From positions 47,430,001 to 47,494,000 of the forward strand of contig OX597825.1 of NCBI GenBank assembly GCA_951406725.2: 64,000 nucleotides of DNA. Reading direction: 5' to 3'. Shown piece after piece: positions 28,780 through 42,789 of the stretch (position 1 is its first letter; the number at the start of each line of letters is the position of its first letter). The notes under the pieces are model-generated. The model did not search any database. It was not told where the DNA came from and saw only the letters and a list, made by a program, of their open reading frames with translations. The DNA comes from Octopus vulgaris (Eukaryota). A program made the position numbers and the translations under genes.

Positions 28780-29670
28780 TATAATTATATACATAATTAT
28801 AAGAAGGGGTCGGATTTATGCCTCACCACGCACCATAAGAAATAGACACTAAATTCTTTTTTACTACCTTTAAATCTCCGAGAATAACATATTTTATTGT
28901 AGGGAAGGAAAAGAAAAATAATGAATCAATAAGGCTGGTTAACTATGGACGCGTTTCAAACTTGAAGTAAAGAATAATTTTACTTATTGTTTCTTAAAAT
29001 ACACTTGCGTATAAAAGAATGATATAAATTATACTCTGCAGTATATTTTACGAGTGTTGGTAGATATTGGATATGCGAAGACGATGATCGCGTGCATATT
29101 TTGAAATACTTGAAGTTATACGGAATATTATGCCGAAGAGAAACAGCAAAATTAGTTTTTAATTTAACTGCGAAACGCATCTATAGTTAACCAGCTTTAT
29201 TGATTCATTAACTTTCTCTTGCTTACCTACAATAAAGTGTGTTATTCTCGGAGATTTTAAGGTAGCAAAAAGGACTTTAGGTTATATTCCTTACGGAATA
29301 GACCCTAAAGTTGCCTATTGTTATCGTCAGTGACAGTATTCCATAGCATAAATTTACGAGTATCCCAAAATACGCATGTGAGCTGCGACTTCGCATAGCC
29401 AGTCTCCAGCCACACTAGTAGAAATATACTGGAAAGTAGAATTCACATCTTTTATATCCACGTGTAGTGTGTCAAGACCTGGGCCGCAGTAAATACAGTT
29501 TCGATCGGGGAGTAAATTTTTCAAATATTAATTATAATATTGCTACAATATAGTGCGTTATTCTCAGAGAATTTAAGGCGGCGATAGGGGCTTTTGGCGT
29601 CTATTTCTACAGTGCGTGGTGAGGCATAAATCCCATCCCTTGTTTTATGTATATAATTATAAAATATTAT
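28780..29670. mobile_element. Old fold-back Penelope-like terminal repeat with a decayed hammerhead (29129-29185 +)
   Basis: 28850-28955 is approximately the reverse complement of 29170-29290; TATG-CCGAAGA...CTGC-GAAACGCATC-TATA, and the other arm keeps GAAACGCGTC-CATA. Confidence 0.55.
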
Positions 29671-29673
29671 ATA

Positions 29674-30190
29674 CTGGCAGTATCGCCCGGCGTTGCTCGG
29701 GTTTGTAAGGGAAATAACTATATAAGCATTTTTAGAGAGTTACTTCCTGTATAGATGCCAATTCGGGCTTTCTTAGCCATTTCTGTTTTGGTGTCTTCAA
29801 GTCATGAAGTCGTTGTTCTAAAAGAACGCTGGTCTCCTTGACAACGCATTACGACGTTGATTTCCTTAAACTCCCTTCCCCACAGCTTCAAGAGGGAGGG
29901 AAGAAGGGGGAGAAGCAAACACAGGTGCAGGTGTTTGAGCGTGGACGCCAACTCCGCCGCCATCAACACACGAAAAATTATGCATTAAAATGGAATAAAA
30001 AATGATGTTAAATTATTTTTAAAATCGTAGACACATCGTAGACGCGCGCTAATACACAGACGGGCTCGATATTAATCACGACTATAAGATACCCGAATTT
30101 GGTTAGACTGCACCGCAAAATGTGGGAGGAGTTAGGAATCTAAATCGTAGGAGACAGACACTCACACAACTACAGTTTTATATATATAGA
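29674..30190 (-). mobile_element. Non-autonomous Helitron
   Basis: Minus strand has 5' A|TCTATATATATAAAAC and a 3' GC hairpin CCCGAGCAACGCCGGG followed by CGATACTG-CCAG|T (CTAG variant); A^T insertion site, no TSD. Confidence 0.75.
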
Positions 30191-30309
30191 TATGTTTCTA
30201 TATATGTATATATTTATATATATTTATTCATGCATATACATATATTTATATACATACATATATATATATACATACATACATACGTACATACATACATACA
30301 TATATATAC

Positions 30310-30700
30310 TCTCTTTTACTTGTTTCAGTCATTTGACTGCGACCATGCTGGAGCACCGCCTTTAGTCGAGCAACTCGACCCCGGGACTTATTCTTTGTAA
30401 ACCCAGTACTTATTCTATCGGTCTCATTTTGCCGAACCGCTAAGTGACGGGGACATAAACACACCAGCATCGGTTGTCAAGCAATGCTACGGGGACAAAC
30501 ACAGACACAAACACACACACATATATATATACATATATACGACAGGCTTCTTTCAGTTTCCGTCTACCAAATCCACTCACAAGTCTTTGGTCGGCCCGAG
30601 GCTATAGTAGAAGACACTTGCCCAAGGTGCCACGCAGTGGTACCGAACCCGGAACCATGTGGTTGGTAAGCAAGCTACTTACCACACAGCCACTCCTGCG

Positions 30701-30702
<2 letters not shown>
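30310..30702 (-). mobile_element. tRNA-derived SINE, full length
   Basis: Reverse complement starts GGCGCAGGAGTGGCTGTGTGGTAAGTAGC and ends GCGGTGCTCCAGCATGGTCGCAGTCAAATGACTGAAACAAGT. Confidence 0.9.
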
Positions 30703-30747
<45 letters not shown>

Positions 30748-30869
30748 CTTCTTATGAAGATTTTATCCTATTTTAAAATTATATATATATATATATATAT
30801 AGGGGAGAGTTCACGAAAAATAGGAAAGAATAGATGTGTGTAGTGGCCACCGATCTATCATGGCAACTG

Positions 30870-30920
<51 letters not shown>

Positions 30921-30928
<8 letters not shown>

Positions 30929-31626
30929 GGCTTAGTAAAATAAATTACTTTGCCGCATACTGAACTCATTAGAAATAGCAGCTAAAAAAAACTTTTTTAA
31001 AAACTATTTCCAATACTTAAAGAAAACCTCTCTCATATAGTGTTTGCTCAATTCAACTCACAAAAGTATGGGGGTAGAGACATTAAAAAATCAAATGCAA
31101 AGGTTATTTGAGAACGTACGTTTCAAGATTAGTCAAAATCGACACTTCTATCATCAGCTCAGAACTCCCTGGTTTGGATTTGAAAACACTGAAAGTGGGA
31201 GCATACCCTTTCGGCTTGTTATCACTTCTGAAGATCTGCTCAAAACTAACAGTGCCAGCAAATTCAAATATGCAAGCGAAGAATTTCTGCTCTCCCCTTT
31301 CCACCAGCGTGGGTTAAAATCAGCAAACACTATGCTTTTTTCGGTAAAATCCGAGGCATTATATAGAGAGAGATGAATTATAATTTCAACAATTGAGGGT
31401 AAAATTAATTAATTAATCAATTTCACCAAGTATTCAGTATACAAAGGGACCATTTAAGGCGAATTCAAATTATTACATTATATAAAAGGGCTTAGTAAAA
31501 TAAATTACTTTGCCGCATACTGAACTCATTAGAAATAGCAGCTAAAAAAAACTTTTTTAAAAACTATTTCCAATACTTAAAGAAAACCTCTCTCATATAG
31601 TGTTTGCTCAATTCAACTCACAAAAG
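30921..31626 (-). mobile_element. 560-bp non-coding hammerhead unit in partial tandem (family of 19085-19910)
   Basis: 30921-31066 is repeated exactly at 31481-31626; hammerhead at 31109-31161 (-): TGAG-CTGATGA-tAGA...TCTt-GAA-ACGTACGT-T-CTCA. Confidence 0.85.
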
Positions 31627-32172
31627 TCCTTTGTTTTCTTCTCACTTATTTGTGTCTCTCCTTACTAACCGTCAGCCATTTTATATTTCTATTGTATGTC
31701 TTCATTTGCGCATGCTTATGTCTCTATGTGCGTCTATGTTTATTTAGTGTGTGTGGGGGGATGCCTATAATATTTGTATCTTCTGTTTATAAACAGAAGA
31801 TACAAATATTACAGGCATCCCACCACACACATACTGAATAAACATAGACGCACATAGAGATATAAGCATGCGCAAATGAAGACATACAATAGAAATACAA
31901 AATGGCAGACGGTTAGTAAGGAGAGACACAAATAAGTGAGAAGAAAACAAAGGACCACTGATGCAGTCACAGGAGTGTGACGAAAGAACTCTGGCCGAAA
32001 TAAGATTAAGATTAATGTAAAAAATAAATATCACTGAAGCAAAATAACACCAAATATATAGTGCGTGTGTTTTTATTGGCTAAACTGGCAATATGACCAT
32101 TCCGAAATATAACAATATCTGTTTCAACACACGACTTCACATAAAAAATCTTGCTCAACAAATATTTAAACG
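31627..32172 (+). mobile_element. Solo 3' terminal repeat of the 60013-63344 Penelope family with a spacer-less fold-back
   Basis: 31794-32172 matches 63022-63344 and the reverse complement of 60013-60392; palindrome centred at 31789/31790. Confidence 0.85.
31953..31996 (+). ncRNA. Hammerhead-like motif with a 1-nt core insertion (CUGAUG-C-A); copies at 63180-63223 (+) and ~60189-60232 (-)
   Basis: CCA-CTGATGCA-GTCACA ggag TGTGAC-GAA-AG aa CT-C-TGG. Confidence 0.55.
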
Positions 32173-32185
32173 TATATATATATAC

Positions 32186-32303
<118 letters not shown>

Positions 32304-32655
32304 ATAATCAAATAGGGTAATAAAATAAATTATTAGTACCAGTGGCCTAGCACAAAAAACGAATTAGTCATTAGACTATATATTTTTCGTATAGAAATAT
32401 AATAAAAGCCTTCCAAATAAGGAAGCGTAGTGCTAGAAACACAAAAAGGGTTAAATTCATGAAAGGAATGTAAATTAAAAACATTTACCATCTCAGCTAT
32501 ATCCCAGACCGAACGGTTTCTACCTATTTTTAGCAAACAGACAGAATATATTTGCCAGGCCAGGTTCTTTAGTGGGAAGCCATCGTAATCCTAGACGCAC
32601 ACTGTTAGAAGCACATGTAGATCTAACGGTTTGTATATCCTAACTTTGTATATCC

Positions 32656-32741
<86 letters not shown>

Positions 32742-33558
32742 CATATGTATATTTATATTTATATATAATTCCAAGAGAATTTGAGGTTGTGAATCCAACC
32801 AACTAAAGGTAGATTACTGGTAGATTACTAAATTATTAATACACAAGTGTTTTCATTGCGTGGCACTTACACTACTAAATGTAATAAATGGGTGAGGATA
32901 AAAAGTTGTTTAACCCTTAATTTATATGCCAATAAGAAATTGGAGGGGATCAAGTGGTGGTATTCATCAGCCTTTAGACATTATATTATGTCCATTTATT
33001 TTTAAAAAAAACAATTATAACTATACATAAATGTATAACAAATTATGCTTTACATATATAAAAATACCAGTAATTATTGAAATATATAACATGGAACATA
33101 GAAAGTAGAATATTTTCTTACAGTTGTTTCATCCAAGAGGTCACAGTACCCTACTTTACTTCCATCACTTCAGTGAAGTGAAATGTTTGGTAGATAAAAT
33201 TAAGGTCAGAGAGTTTAGAAAGTTCATAAGGTTAAGTTATAAATATAAATGCATACATATATATACATATATATGCATAAATATACATAAATACATATAC
33301 ATACATTTATATATATATATGTGTGTGTAAATGCATACAACGGAATCAATTATTATTATTATTAGGTGTATTATATTATTCTTATTAGATAAAGTATAAA
33401 CAGAGGAAAGAGAAAATTATCAAAAGAGAAATAATAGTGCAATCTAAATTATCAATCTAGCTGAATGGTAATGTAGTTTTCTGGGTAGAAAAGGTATATA
33501 AATGAGGAATACATATTTATATATTTTTATATTAAACACACACAGACACACACTCAAA

Positions 33559-33647
<89 letters not shown>

Positions 33648-34163
33648 TTACGTACAAACATACCCGTAAACACATACATATTTTATGTACCGAGAAGGGA
33701 GGATTTCTTTAGTACTTCGTAGTTTTCTTTTCATATAATTATAATAATTATACACAAACATATAAATATATAAATGCATGCACACATATATATACATACA
33801 TATAAACATACGATATGTTTTCTATTGAGGTCTTCAGATAAAGGTCCACAGTAAGTGGACCTTTAAAACTTGTGATATTATTCGATACTAAAGTAATACA
33901 TTTCCGGGTATTAATCAAGATACTTTATTATTTTCCGTTACATTTTGCTTATCGAGTTACTGAAACCCTGCGGGAAGTGGGGAGGGAGTTATGGTCAGTC
34001 CCGTAATCTAATTGTTCATCTATTGTTTTGAAAGGCCATGACTTTGTTATGATTGGTTAATGGATAACCGATAATATAAACAACAAAGTAGGCAAATATA
34101 TATAAATTATACATATATAATTCATATATATATATTCATGTTTGCGGTGAATGTGAATATGTA

Positions 34164-35444
34164 CGAGGGGCGTTCAATAAGTAATGCCCCTGACCCACTT
34201 CCCATAGCAGTAGATCAACGAAACAGTTATTAGTCTTTTTCTACATAGGAACCAACCAGAGTTACGCATTTCTCCCATCGTTTGATGCGGCTCTGGAGAC
34301 CGTTTTTGTAGAAGAACCCAGCTTGGTCCTCCAACCTCAACGTGACTTCAGAAATCAAGGCTGCATCATCTGGGAAACGCTTTCCTTTCAAAAACAACTT
34401 CATGATTGGGAAGAGGTGAAAATCAAAGGGTGCAAGGTCAGGAAAGTAGGGGGGGATTGGGAGGAGTTCATAGCCATACGCCTGTGCTTCTGATCTGGCG
34501 ACAAGCGAGTTGTGGACCGGAGCGTTGTCCTGCAGGAGGAGGATGCCTTTGCTGAACTTGCCCCGCCTCTTGATTTTGATAACTTCTCTTAATTTCCTCA
34601 AAAGTGAAGCATAATAGGCTCCTGCAATTGTGGTACCCTTTGCCAGGAAATCTGTCATCACTACTCCGTCCTGGTCCCAGAAGACTGTGAGCATGACCTT
34701 GCCAGCGGAGGGCTGCACCCTTGCCTTCTTTGGAGGGGGTGAGTCACGGTGCTTCCACTGCATTGACTGGGATTTGGTCTCTGGATCATCGTGATGGACC
34801 CAGGTTTCATCCTGTGTAATCAGTCTTTTGAAAAATTTTGACTCATCTTCTTGGCTCATCTCCAAATTCCCCCTCGAGCCTTCGACGCGTTCTTGCTTCT
34901 GGAAAGGCGTGAGCAACCTGGGAATCCATCTGGCAGACACCTTTTGCATATGCAAATGGTCATGAATGATAGTTTCCACAGACCCGGTACTAATCTTGAC
35001 CTCATGGGCTATTTGGCGAATAATTATGCGTCGATCTTCCAAAATGGCAGCCTCAACTCGACGGACAGAAGCCTCATCAATGGCAGAAGGGGGCGACCAG
35101 ATCTGGGAGCTGTTTTCACAGAGTTCCGACCATGTTTGAATTCACGATGCCAGCGTTTTACAAGGTCATATGATGGGGCATCATCACCATAAGTTAGTTT
35201 CATTTCATCAAAAGTCTCCCGTGGTGTGCGTCCTTTCAAATACAAAAACCGGATCACTGCTCGACACTCAACAGGCTCCATTTCACACCTGACTCTGTTC
35301 AAACACCTGTAAATCAGAAACCACAATTAATTCAGAGCTGTAATTTGCCACTTACTCTATAGAGATATAAATAATTGCACATGCAAAATTTCAGATCAAA
35401 CAACTGCAAGTGGGTCAGAGGCATTACTTATTGAACGTCCCTCG
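34164..35444 (-). mobile_element. Full-length mariner (D,D34D) DNA transposon
   Basis: TA|CGAGGGGCGTTCAATAAGTAATGCCCCTGACCCACTT TIR mirrored at 35408-35444|TA; 1281 bp. Confidence 0.95.
34230..35281 (-). pseudogene. Mariner transposase, split by a frameshift near 35050-35090
   Basis: MEPVECRAVIRFLYLKG HTH start; WIPRLL, ITQDETW, LLQDNAPVH, YFPDLAPFDFHLF. Confidence 0.9.
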
Positions 35445-35740
35445 TATACGTTTTATGTTTTGCGTATGTGTTTTCATTTGTATAAATGTCTTATATCTAC
35501 GCGAGAATAATGTTGAAAATGTATTTATACGTATGTGAGTGTATATTTGTACATATATATGCATATGCGGGGGTTTTGTCTATCCGCGTGTGTAAATGTG
35601 TATATGTATATTCATACATGTGGCGTGTGTGAATATATTCCTGCTACGAACGTTAACACATGTATATTATTTACGGTTTTGTATAAGTATTTTTATATAA
35701 GTTCTAAGGTAGATGTAAGCTTTTTTATGTGAAGATGAAG

Positions 35741-35795
<55 letters not shown>

Positions 35796-35931
35796 TATGT
35801 ATATGCGTATGTATGTGCGTGTAGAGATCTGTATATGAGTATAATAATGCGTGCATGGGTACATATAGGTGTGTAGATGCGTGTATGCATGTGTATGTGT
35901 GTGCATGCATATATATATTTATGTATGTGAG

Positions 35932-35970
<39 letters not shown>

Positions 35971-36397
35971 GTATGTGAGTACGTATGTACGTATGTGTAT
36001 GTACATATACATGTGTACGTGTGTAGATTTTATGAACGATATTTCTACCTTTACGTGGCTGCATTGCTATAATATCTTGTACCTTTTACGTTTATTTACT
36101 TTCACCACACGTATTAGAGTAACTTCCATTTATTCAACGCTCTTTTTCGTAGCGTTTTTGTTTTAATAAGTGATGTGGATATCTTTTAGCTCCGACATCT
36201 GGAACTCTGAGTATTATTATGACAACTAACTGATTATCTTATCTTATATTATATTATATTATATTATATTATATATATATATAAATTCCTCTATTTACAT
36301 AATACCGAGGTCTCATTCATTCTTTTGTTGTCATATTATTATCAATATATTTAGATATATATATATGTATGTTTATAAATATATAAATATAAATATA

Positions 36398-39333
36398 TGC
36401 ATTGCACTCACAGAAACGCATCTTGAACCCGATATAGGTGATGCAGAAATACACATGCCGCAATATGCAGTCATACGCACAGATAGAAAAGGGAGGAGCC
36501 ATGGTGGAGTTGCAACGTACATCCGAGATGACCTCATGCCCCAGGTCCTGTTGTCATATTCAAACTCAGTGTGTGAAACTCAAATTGTACACATAAGACA
36601 ACTGAATATCGTCATATGCACTACATATCGCCCGTCAGATGCCCCAAATCACTCAGGCATGTTTGAAGACTGCCTAACAAAAATAGGAGAAGTCCTCACC
36701 AACCTTGAACAACACAACAGTGTATTCTTCATGGGTGACTTTAACCTCCCCGATGTGGAATGGCCTGGGGGGTGCAGATGCTCCCAGGGATGACACACCA
36801 TCAGCAGGCACAGGCAGAGTCCCTGCTCCATCTCACAAATGCCTCTTTCATGGAGCAGATAGTTCTGCAACCAACAAGGGCAGATAATATACTGGATCTC
36901 TGCTTCACGAACAATATGGATATTATCCATAATGTTAATGTGATGCCGACAATGATCACGGATCACAACAAAATAGAGCTGTCTATGTATGTAGACACAT
37001 AGCCTATACGAAGCATCCACCATCTCTCCAACTTAAACTTTCATAAAGCAAACTGGAAGTTGATTGAGAAAGAGATCCTCAAACAGGATTGGCTTGAATG
37101 TCTCTCCACACCGGACATAAACATGAAGCACAAACACTTCATGTCCATAATACAAGCCATATGTGACAACTATGTCCCTGTGTGCAGGGCCAGCACACAC
37201 AAAAACAAAAACAGGATCCCTAGAGAAAGGAGGATTCTTATGAGACGACGGACAAGGATTGCAAACCGCCTGAGCAAGCACACCAAAAGTGATGAGAAGT
37301 CTCGGCTCGAGAGAATGCTAATGGAAACTGAGAAAAGTCTGCATCAGTCCCATGAAAAGGAGAGAGCAGATAAAGAAGCTTGGGTAACAGAAAATATAAA
37401 ATCAAACCCTAAAGCTTTCTTTAAGTTTGCCAAAGAGACAGCCACAGTACACCAGAGAATAGGACCTTTCTTCCAAAAAGATGGCTCTCTCACAGGAAAT
37501 CCCACGAGGATAAGTGAAATACTGAACGAACAATTCCAAAGTGTGTTCACTACACCTCTAGAACGCAGGCAAGTAAACAACCCAGAAGAATTCTTTACCA
37601 CTTTACCTGCGGCCAAAGAGGCAAAAATTGAGTACATCAACATCGAAGATGATGATATCACACTAGCCATAGATGAGATTGACACAAACTCAGCTGCTGG
37701 ACCTGATGGATTCCCAGCGAATCTTCTCAAATCGTGCAAACGAGCCATTGCAAAACCGCTACAGCTTCTTTTTCAGAGCTTTCTTGCAAGTGGTAAGCTC
37801 CAAGTCAAATTGAAAGAGGGGGTAATATGCCCTATCCATAAGGGAGGTAGCAGAGCAGATGCTAAAAATTATAGGCCTATTTCTCTGACCTCACGCATCA
37901 GCAAAGTCATGGAACGAATAGTCCGTAAGAAACTAATCATGTTTCTTGAAGAAAATGACTTACTGTCTGACACCCAGCATGGATTTTGACCAGGTAGAAG
38001 CTGCCTAACACAGCTCCTGCAACACTATGACTGGGTGTTGAAACAGCTACTGAATGGCTCAAATGTGGATGTAATATATCTCGACTTTGCAAAAGCCTTT
38101 GATAAGGTCGAGCATGGTATGATCTGTCACAAACTGCGTGGTCTCGGCATAGGCGGAAAACTTGGAGAGTGGCTGCACAACTTCCTAAAAGACAGAAAAC
38201 AGGCAGTTGTGAGCAATGGAGCCGCCTCCAAGGAAACACAAATAACAAGCGGTGTCCCACAGGGCACTGTCTTGGGGCCACTGATGTTCATAGTGACCCT
38301 TTCAGACATGCCTTCAGTTGCTACGATGACCACCCTTGCTAGCTATACAGATGACACAAAAGTCTCCCACGCAATACAAAACGCTGAAAATATTGCGCAT
38401 CTGCAACAGGAGTTGGACACAATATACAGGTGGGCTGAGGACAACAACATGCAGTTTAATGCAGGTAAGTTGCAGGCCCTGCGTTACTGGCACACAAAGG
38501 TAAACGACGTGCAGACTGAATACACTGGCCCAGGAAGAATTGCAATCCCTGAGTCAAAATCAGTGCGTGACCTGGGCATTGACATGAGCAATGATGCATC
38601 TTTCCAAGTGCATATTGCTAATCTGGTGATAAAATGCAGACGGCTAGCTGGATGGATTCTCCGAACTTTCAGAACAAGAGAGAAGGAGACACTGATGGTC
38701 CTATGGAAAACATTCGTACTCAGCCGCTTGGACTACTGCTCCCAACTGTGGTCACCACACAATATAAAACTAACAGCAGAACTCGAAGCAATTCAGAGAA
38801 GCTACACAAAGAAAATCGTCTCAATGCAAAATATCAGCTACTGGGAAAGACTGAAGGTATTAAACCTCTTCTCCCTAGAGCGGAGGCGGGAGAGATATGC
38901 GGTGATATACATCTGGAAAATCCTGGAGGGTCTTGTCCCAAACTTTGGCATTCAAAGTTACTCCAACCGCAGAACGGGGCGCCACTGCATGGTGCCAAAG
39001 ATTCCAACATCACCATCAAAATACAGGTCCAGATACTGCAACAGCTTGGGTTTCAGAGGACTACAGCTCTTTAACATCCTCCCTAAATTCCTGAGAGACT
39101 TACATGGTGTGGATGTGGGTTTCTTTAAAACTAAACTGGATCTCTTCTTTTCGGGAGTCCCAGATGAACCTACCCCACGACAGGAGACGCAGATGCGGGC
39201 AGCAGCATCGAACTCCCTTCTTGATCAAGTGCCACGTATCAGAGGTGGATTCACAAATTAGTGTAGCTCATTCAGCGGTGGTGCCCCAGCATGGCCGCGG
39301 CCTTCGGGCTAAGACATTTTTAAGGATTTAAGG
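36398..39333 (+). mobile_element. CR1/L2-group LINE ORF2 (APE plus RT), 5'-truncated, with few lesions and an intact 3' tail
   Basis: ALTETHL, MGDFNLP, ILDL, TDH; NYRPISLTS, YLDFAKAFDKV, GVPQGTVLGP, YTDDTK; frameshift ~36770, stops at 37000 and 37987. Confidence 0.92.
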
Positions 39334-39369
39334 ATATATATATATATATATATATATATGTGTACTTAT

Positions 39370-39624
39370 ATTTCGTTTTTGTATTTAGTTTGCAAGATTC
39401 TTTATGTGAGTTCGTGCGTTGAAGCATATTCTGTTGTGTCTGGGGAGAGTCCTTTTCTTTTTAGTCTTATAATTTAACAGACTCACCTGTAAAATTTCCA
39501 CTTATTTCTTATTTTCATTTTCTTAAAATTTTCGTTGCGTCTTGCAACCTTTTCAAGAGTATTGAAAATGTTGCAAGACGCAACGAAAATGACTCTCCCC
39601 AGACACAACAGTTTATAATTATAA

Positions 39625-39625
<1 letters not shown>
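39370..39625. mobile_element. Penelope-like terminal repeat fragment with fold-back and a U3-A8 hammerhead-like motif
   Basis: 39528-39556 is approximately the reverse complement of 39562-39590; minus strand reads TTGAAAA-g-GTTGC aagac GCAAC-GAA-AATT-T; related copy at 53495-53680. Confidence 0.55.
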
Positions 39626-39713
<88 letters not shown>

Positions 39714-39782
39714 TATAATTAATTATATATTTATATACACATACATATATACATACATTCATATATATATATATATTTAGGC

Positions 39783-39821
<39 letters not shown>

Positions 39822-40099
39822 GCAATACGAGAGTATTGCTTTCCAGTAAAGAATAGCCCGTGAGGGTAAAATTATACATAAATTATTTCCAGTAAATATC
39901 GGTACTTCGTTGTACCATTTATTTACTTTTATGTATATATATATATATATATATATATAGCAAGGAAAAATTGTAAAATTGTATATATATATATGTATAC
40001 ATGTATTTATATATATTTATATATTTATATATATACATATATATAGAGAAATATATATATATTTAGATGTATATTTATATATGTTTCGATATAAATATT

Positions 40100-40482
<383 letters not shown>

Positions 40483-41370
40483 TATATATGTACGTATGTA
40501 TGTGTGTATGTATGTATACGCGCATGTATGCATGTATGTAGGTATGTACGTACATACACCTGTGTGTATGTATGTATGTATGTATATATGTAAGTATGTG
40601 TGTGTATATGCACGCACACACACACTATAAACTTAAAGCTATAAACCTGTAGTGATGGATAGATGTAGACTGACCACTCATCACAATAATATCAAATTTC
40701 AACCTTCCCCGCCGAAACTAGGAAGTGATTTACGACCCTCAACCCCAAAACAAAACTCTAAAACCTATTATCAGACATTTATCTCTATATCACAAAACTT
40801 TTGTTTTACTATTGCTTGTTTTTTTTTGTATTTTCTTCCTCCCTTACATCTAGTTAGTTCAGGTTAAATATATATAAGTATGTATGTGTGCATGTATGTA
40901 TGTATGTATGTATGTATGTATGTATGTATGTATGTATGTATGTATGTATGTATGTACGTATGTATGTGTGTATGCACGTACGTACGCCTGTGCGTATGTA
41001 TACTCGCACGTATGCATGTGCCTATGTATGTGTGTGCGTACATGTGTGTGCGTATGTACGTGTGTATGCCCATACGTAGGTATGTATGTATGTTTGTACT
41101 CATGTGCTACATATGTATGTGAGTATCTAGGAGAATGGGCAGACGCGTCTGTGTGTGTGTGTGTGTGTGTACATGTGTATGTGCATGGGAACGTATGTCC
41201 GTGTACTGGTATGTGTCCGTCCAAGTTGTGTACATGACTGTTACTTTGTTGAAGGTTGTATATATATATACACACATATATGTTTGTATAGACGCACACA
41301 CACATATATATATATGTGTGGGTGTGTGTTTGTTCCTCTCATCATGTAAACGAGAGAGAGAGAGGGGTGG

Positions 41371-42740
41371 TTATACAATGGTCCTCCTGAATGGGATCTG
41401 GATGTTACTCCATTTGGATTTTCGGTTGAGAGTAGGTTTGTATTCTTGTATACAAACAGCTTCTGTGACCTGTCTCAACATTGCATCGGTGGGATGTGTT
41501 GATAGGATGTTCAACTTAAGTTTCCCTAAGGATCTCTTGTGGCAGTCTACAGCATGTTGGTAGAAGATGGAGTTTGGCTTCCTTTCAATGTAGTTGTCCA
41601 GGTGTTCTTTGAACCTATCATTGATACTCCCAGAAGTCTCACCTATGTATGACTCTGGGTTAGTCGTGCAAGCTCCCTCCTGGCACTTAATCTGGTATAC
41701 AGTGCCCTTGGTTTTGCAATTTACATGTGGATTTGTCGAACATACTGCACAATTACTTTGACAGGTGATTCTATCAAATGGATATGTTCTGCATAATGCC
41801 GATTTGATAGTCCTACCTGTCTTTTCTACAACTTTGATTTTAAGGCCAGTAGTGCGCAGGATTTTCTTGAATGCCTTACTTAGCTCGTTCTTAGGTGTGG
41901 CGTCAACGAACATTACTCCGTGAAATTTCCTGTTATCATACCAAGTATCGTTTCTCATCCTTTTGTTGGTGTCCCTCTCTAACCTATTCCAGAACTTGTT
42001 GCGGTATAGGGGGCATATACCGTTTTCGTCGTCCCTTAGAATGCGTTCGAATCTTGCTTTCGCTCTCTTGTACACTCTGACTCTATCGTCTTGTGTGTAT
42101 TCGGAGCGTTGCATTCGGAATATGTAGTGCTGGATGTGTTGTTGTCGTTCTTGTGGTTGGCATAGTGGTGATACATTCCTCATTACTCTAATTAAGTCTG
42201 CCACTAGGATGTTGAGTTTGGCAGTATTCGACATAGCTGAGTCACTACGGATGACTAGTGGATTAGCCATCGGTTTCTAATAGTGTGAGTGGAGTATACA
42301 GGGTTTAATGGTTCCATTAACCATAGCATCTTCTATCCATAGCTCAGTATCTAGGACGGGTAATCGTTTACTGGGGTGTTTAGAGGGGTAGTCTACGGTA
42401 ACTTTTATACTGTTTTGGACAGAGTCAGCTATGTGTTGTATAGATGTCATCACCTGTTCTTCACTTGGTAGAGGGCCCATAACTGTGTCTGTATTATAAC
42501 ATTTCATAACAAGGTTAATGTCGTCGACGTAACGAGAGTACATAGCCAAGTGGATGTTACGGTTTGCTAGGCACTGTTTAAATTGTTTGTCCCACCATAC
42601 CATGAAGAGGTTTGCAACGTCACCGGCGATCCCTACTCCAATAGCACCGCCTTTCGTCTGCCTATACAATTTGTTGTCAAACAAATTGTATAGGCAGTAT
42701 ATGATCCATGTGGCTCTTATGATCTTTGCGAAGGCCATAT
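41371..42740 (-). mobile_element. Penelope-like element, 5'-truncated RT plus GIY-YIG, one frameshift at ~42275
   Basis: YRQTKGGAIG, YSRYVDDINL, LPVLDTELW; GTVYQIKC...SYIGET; related to the 60919-62676 family. Confidence 0.9.
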
Positions 42741-42789
42741 AGGGGTGGGACTTCGTTGTTGGTGGTTAAGAAGTTGTTAGCTGTGCGCT

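Noticed and set aside
33835-33875. Perfect 10-bp hairpin AAAGGTCCAC/GTGGACCTTT resembling a hammerhead stem II
   Set aside because: Core nucleotides on both sides are too degraded to call
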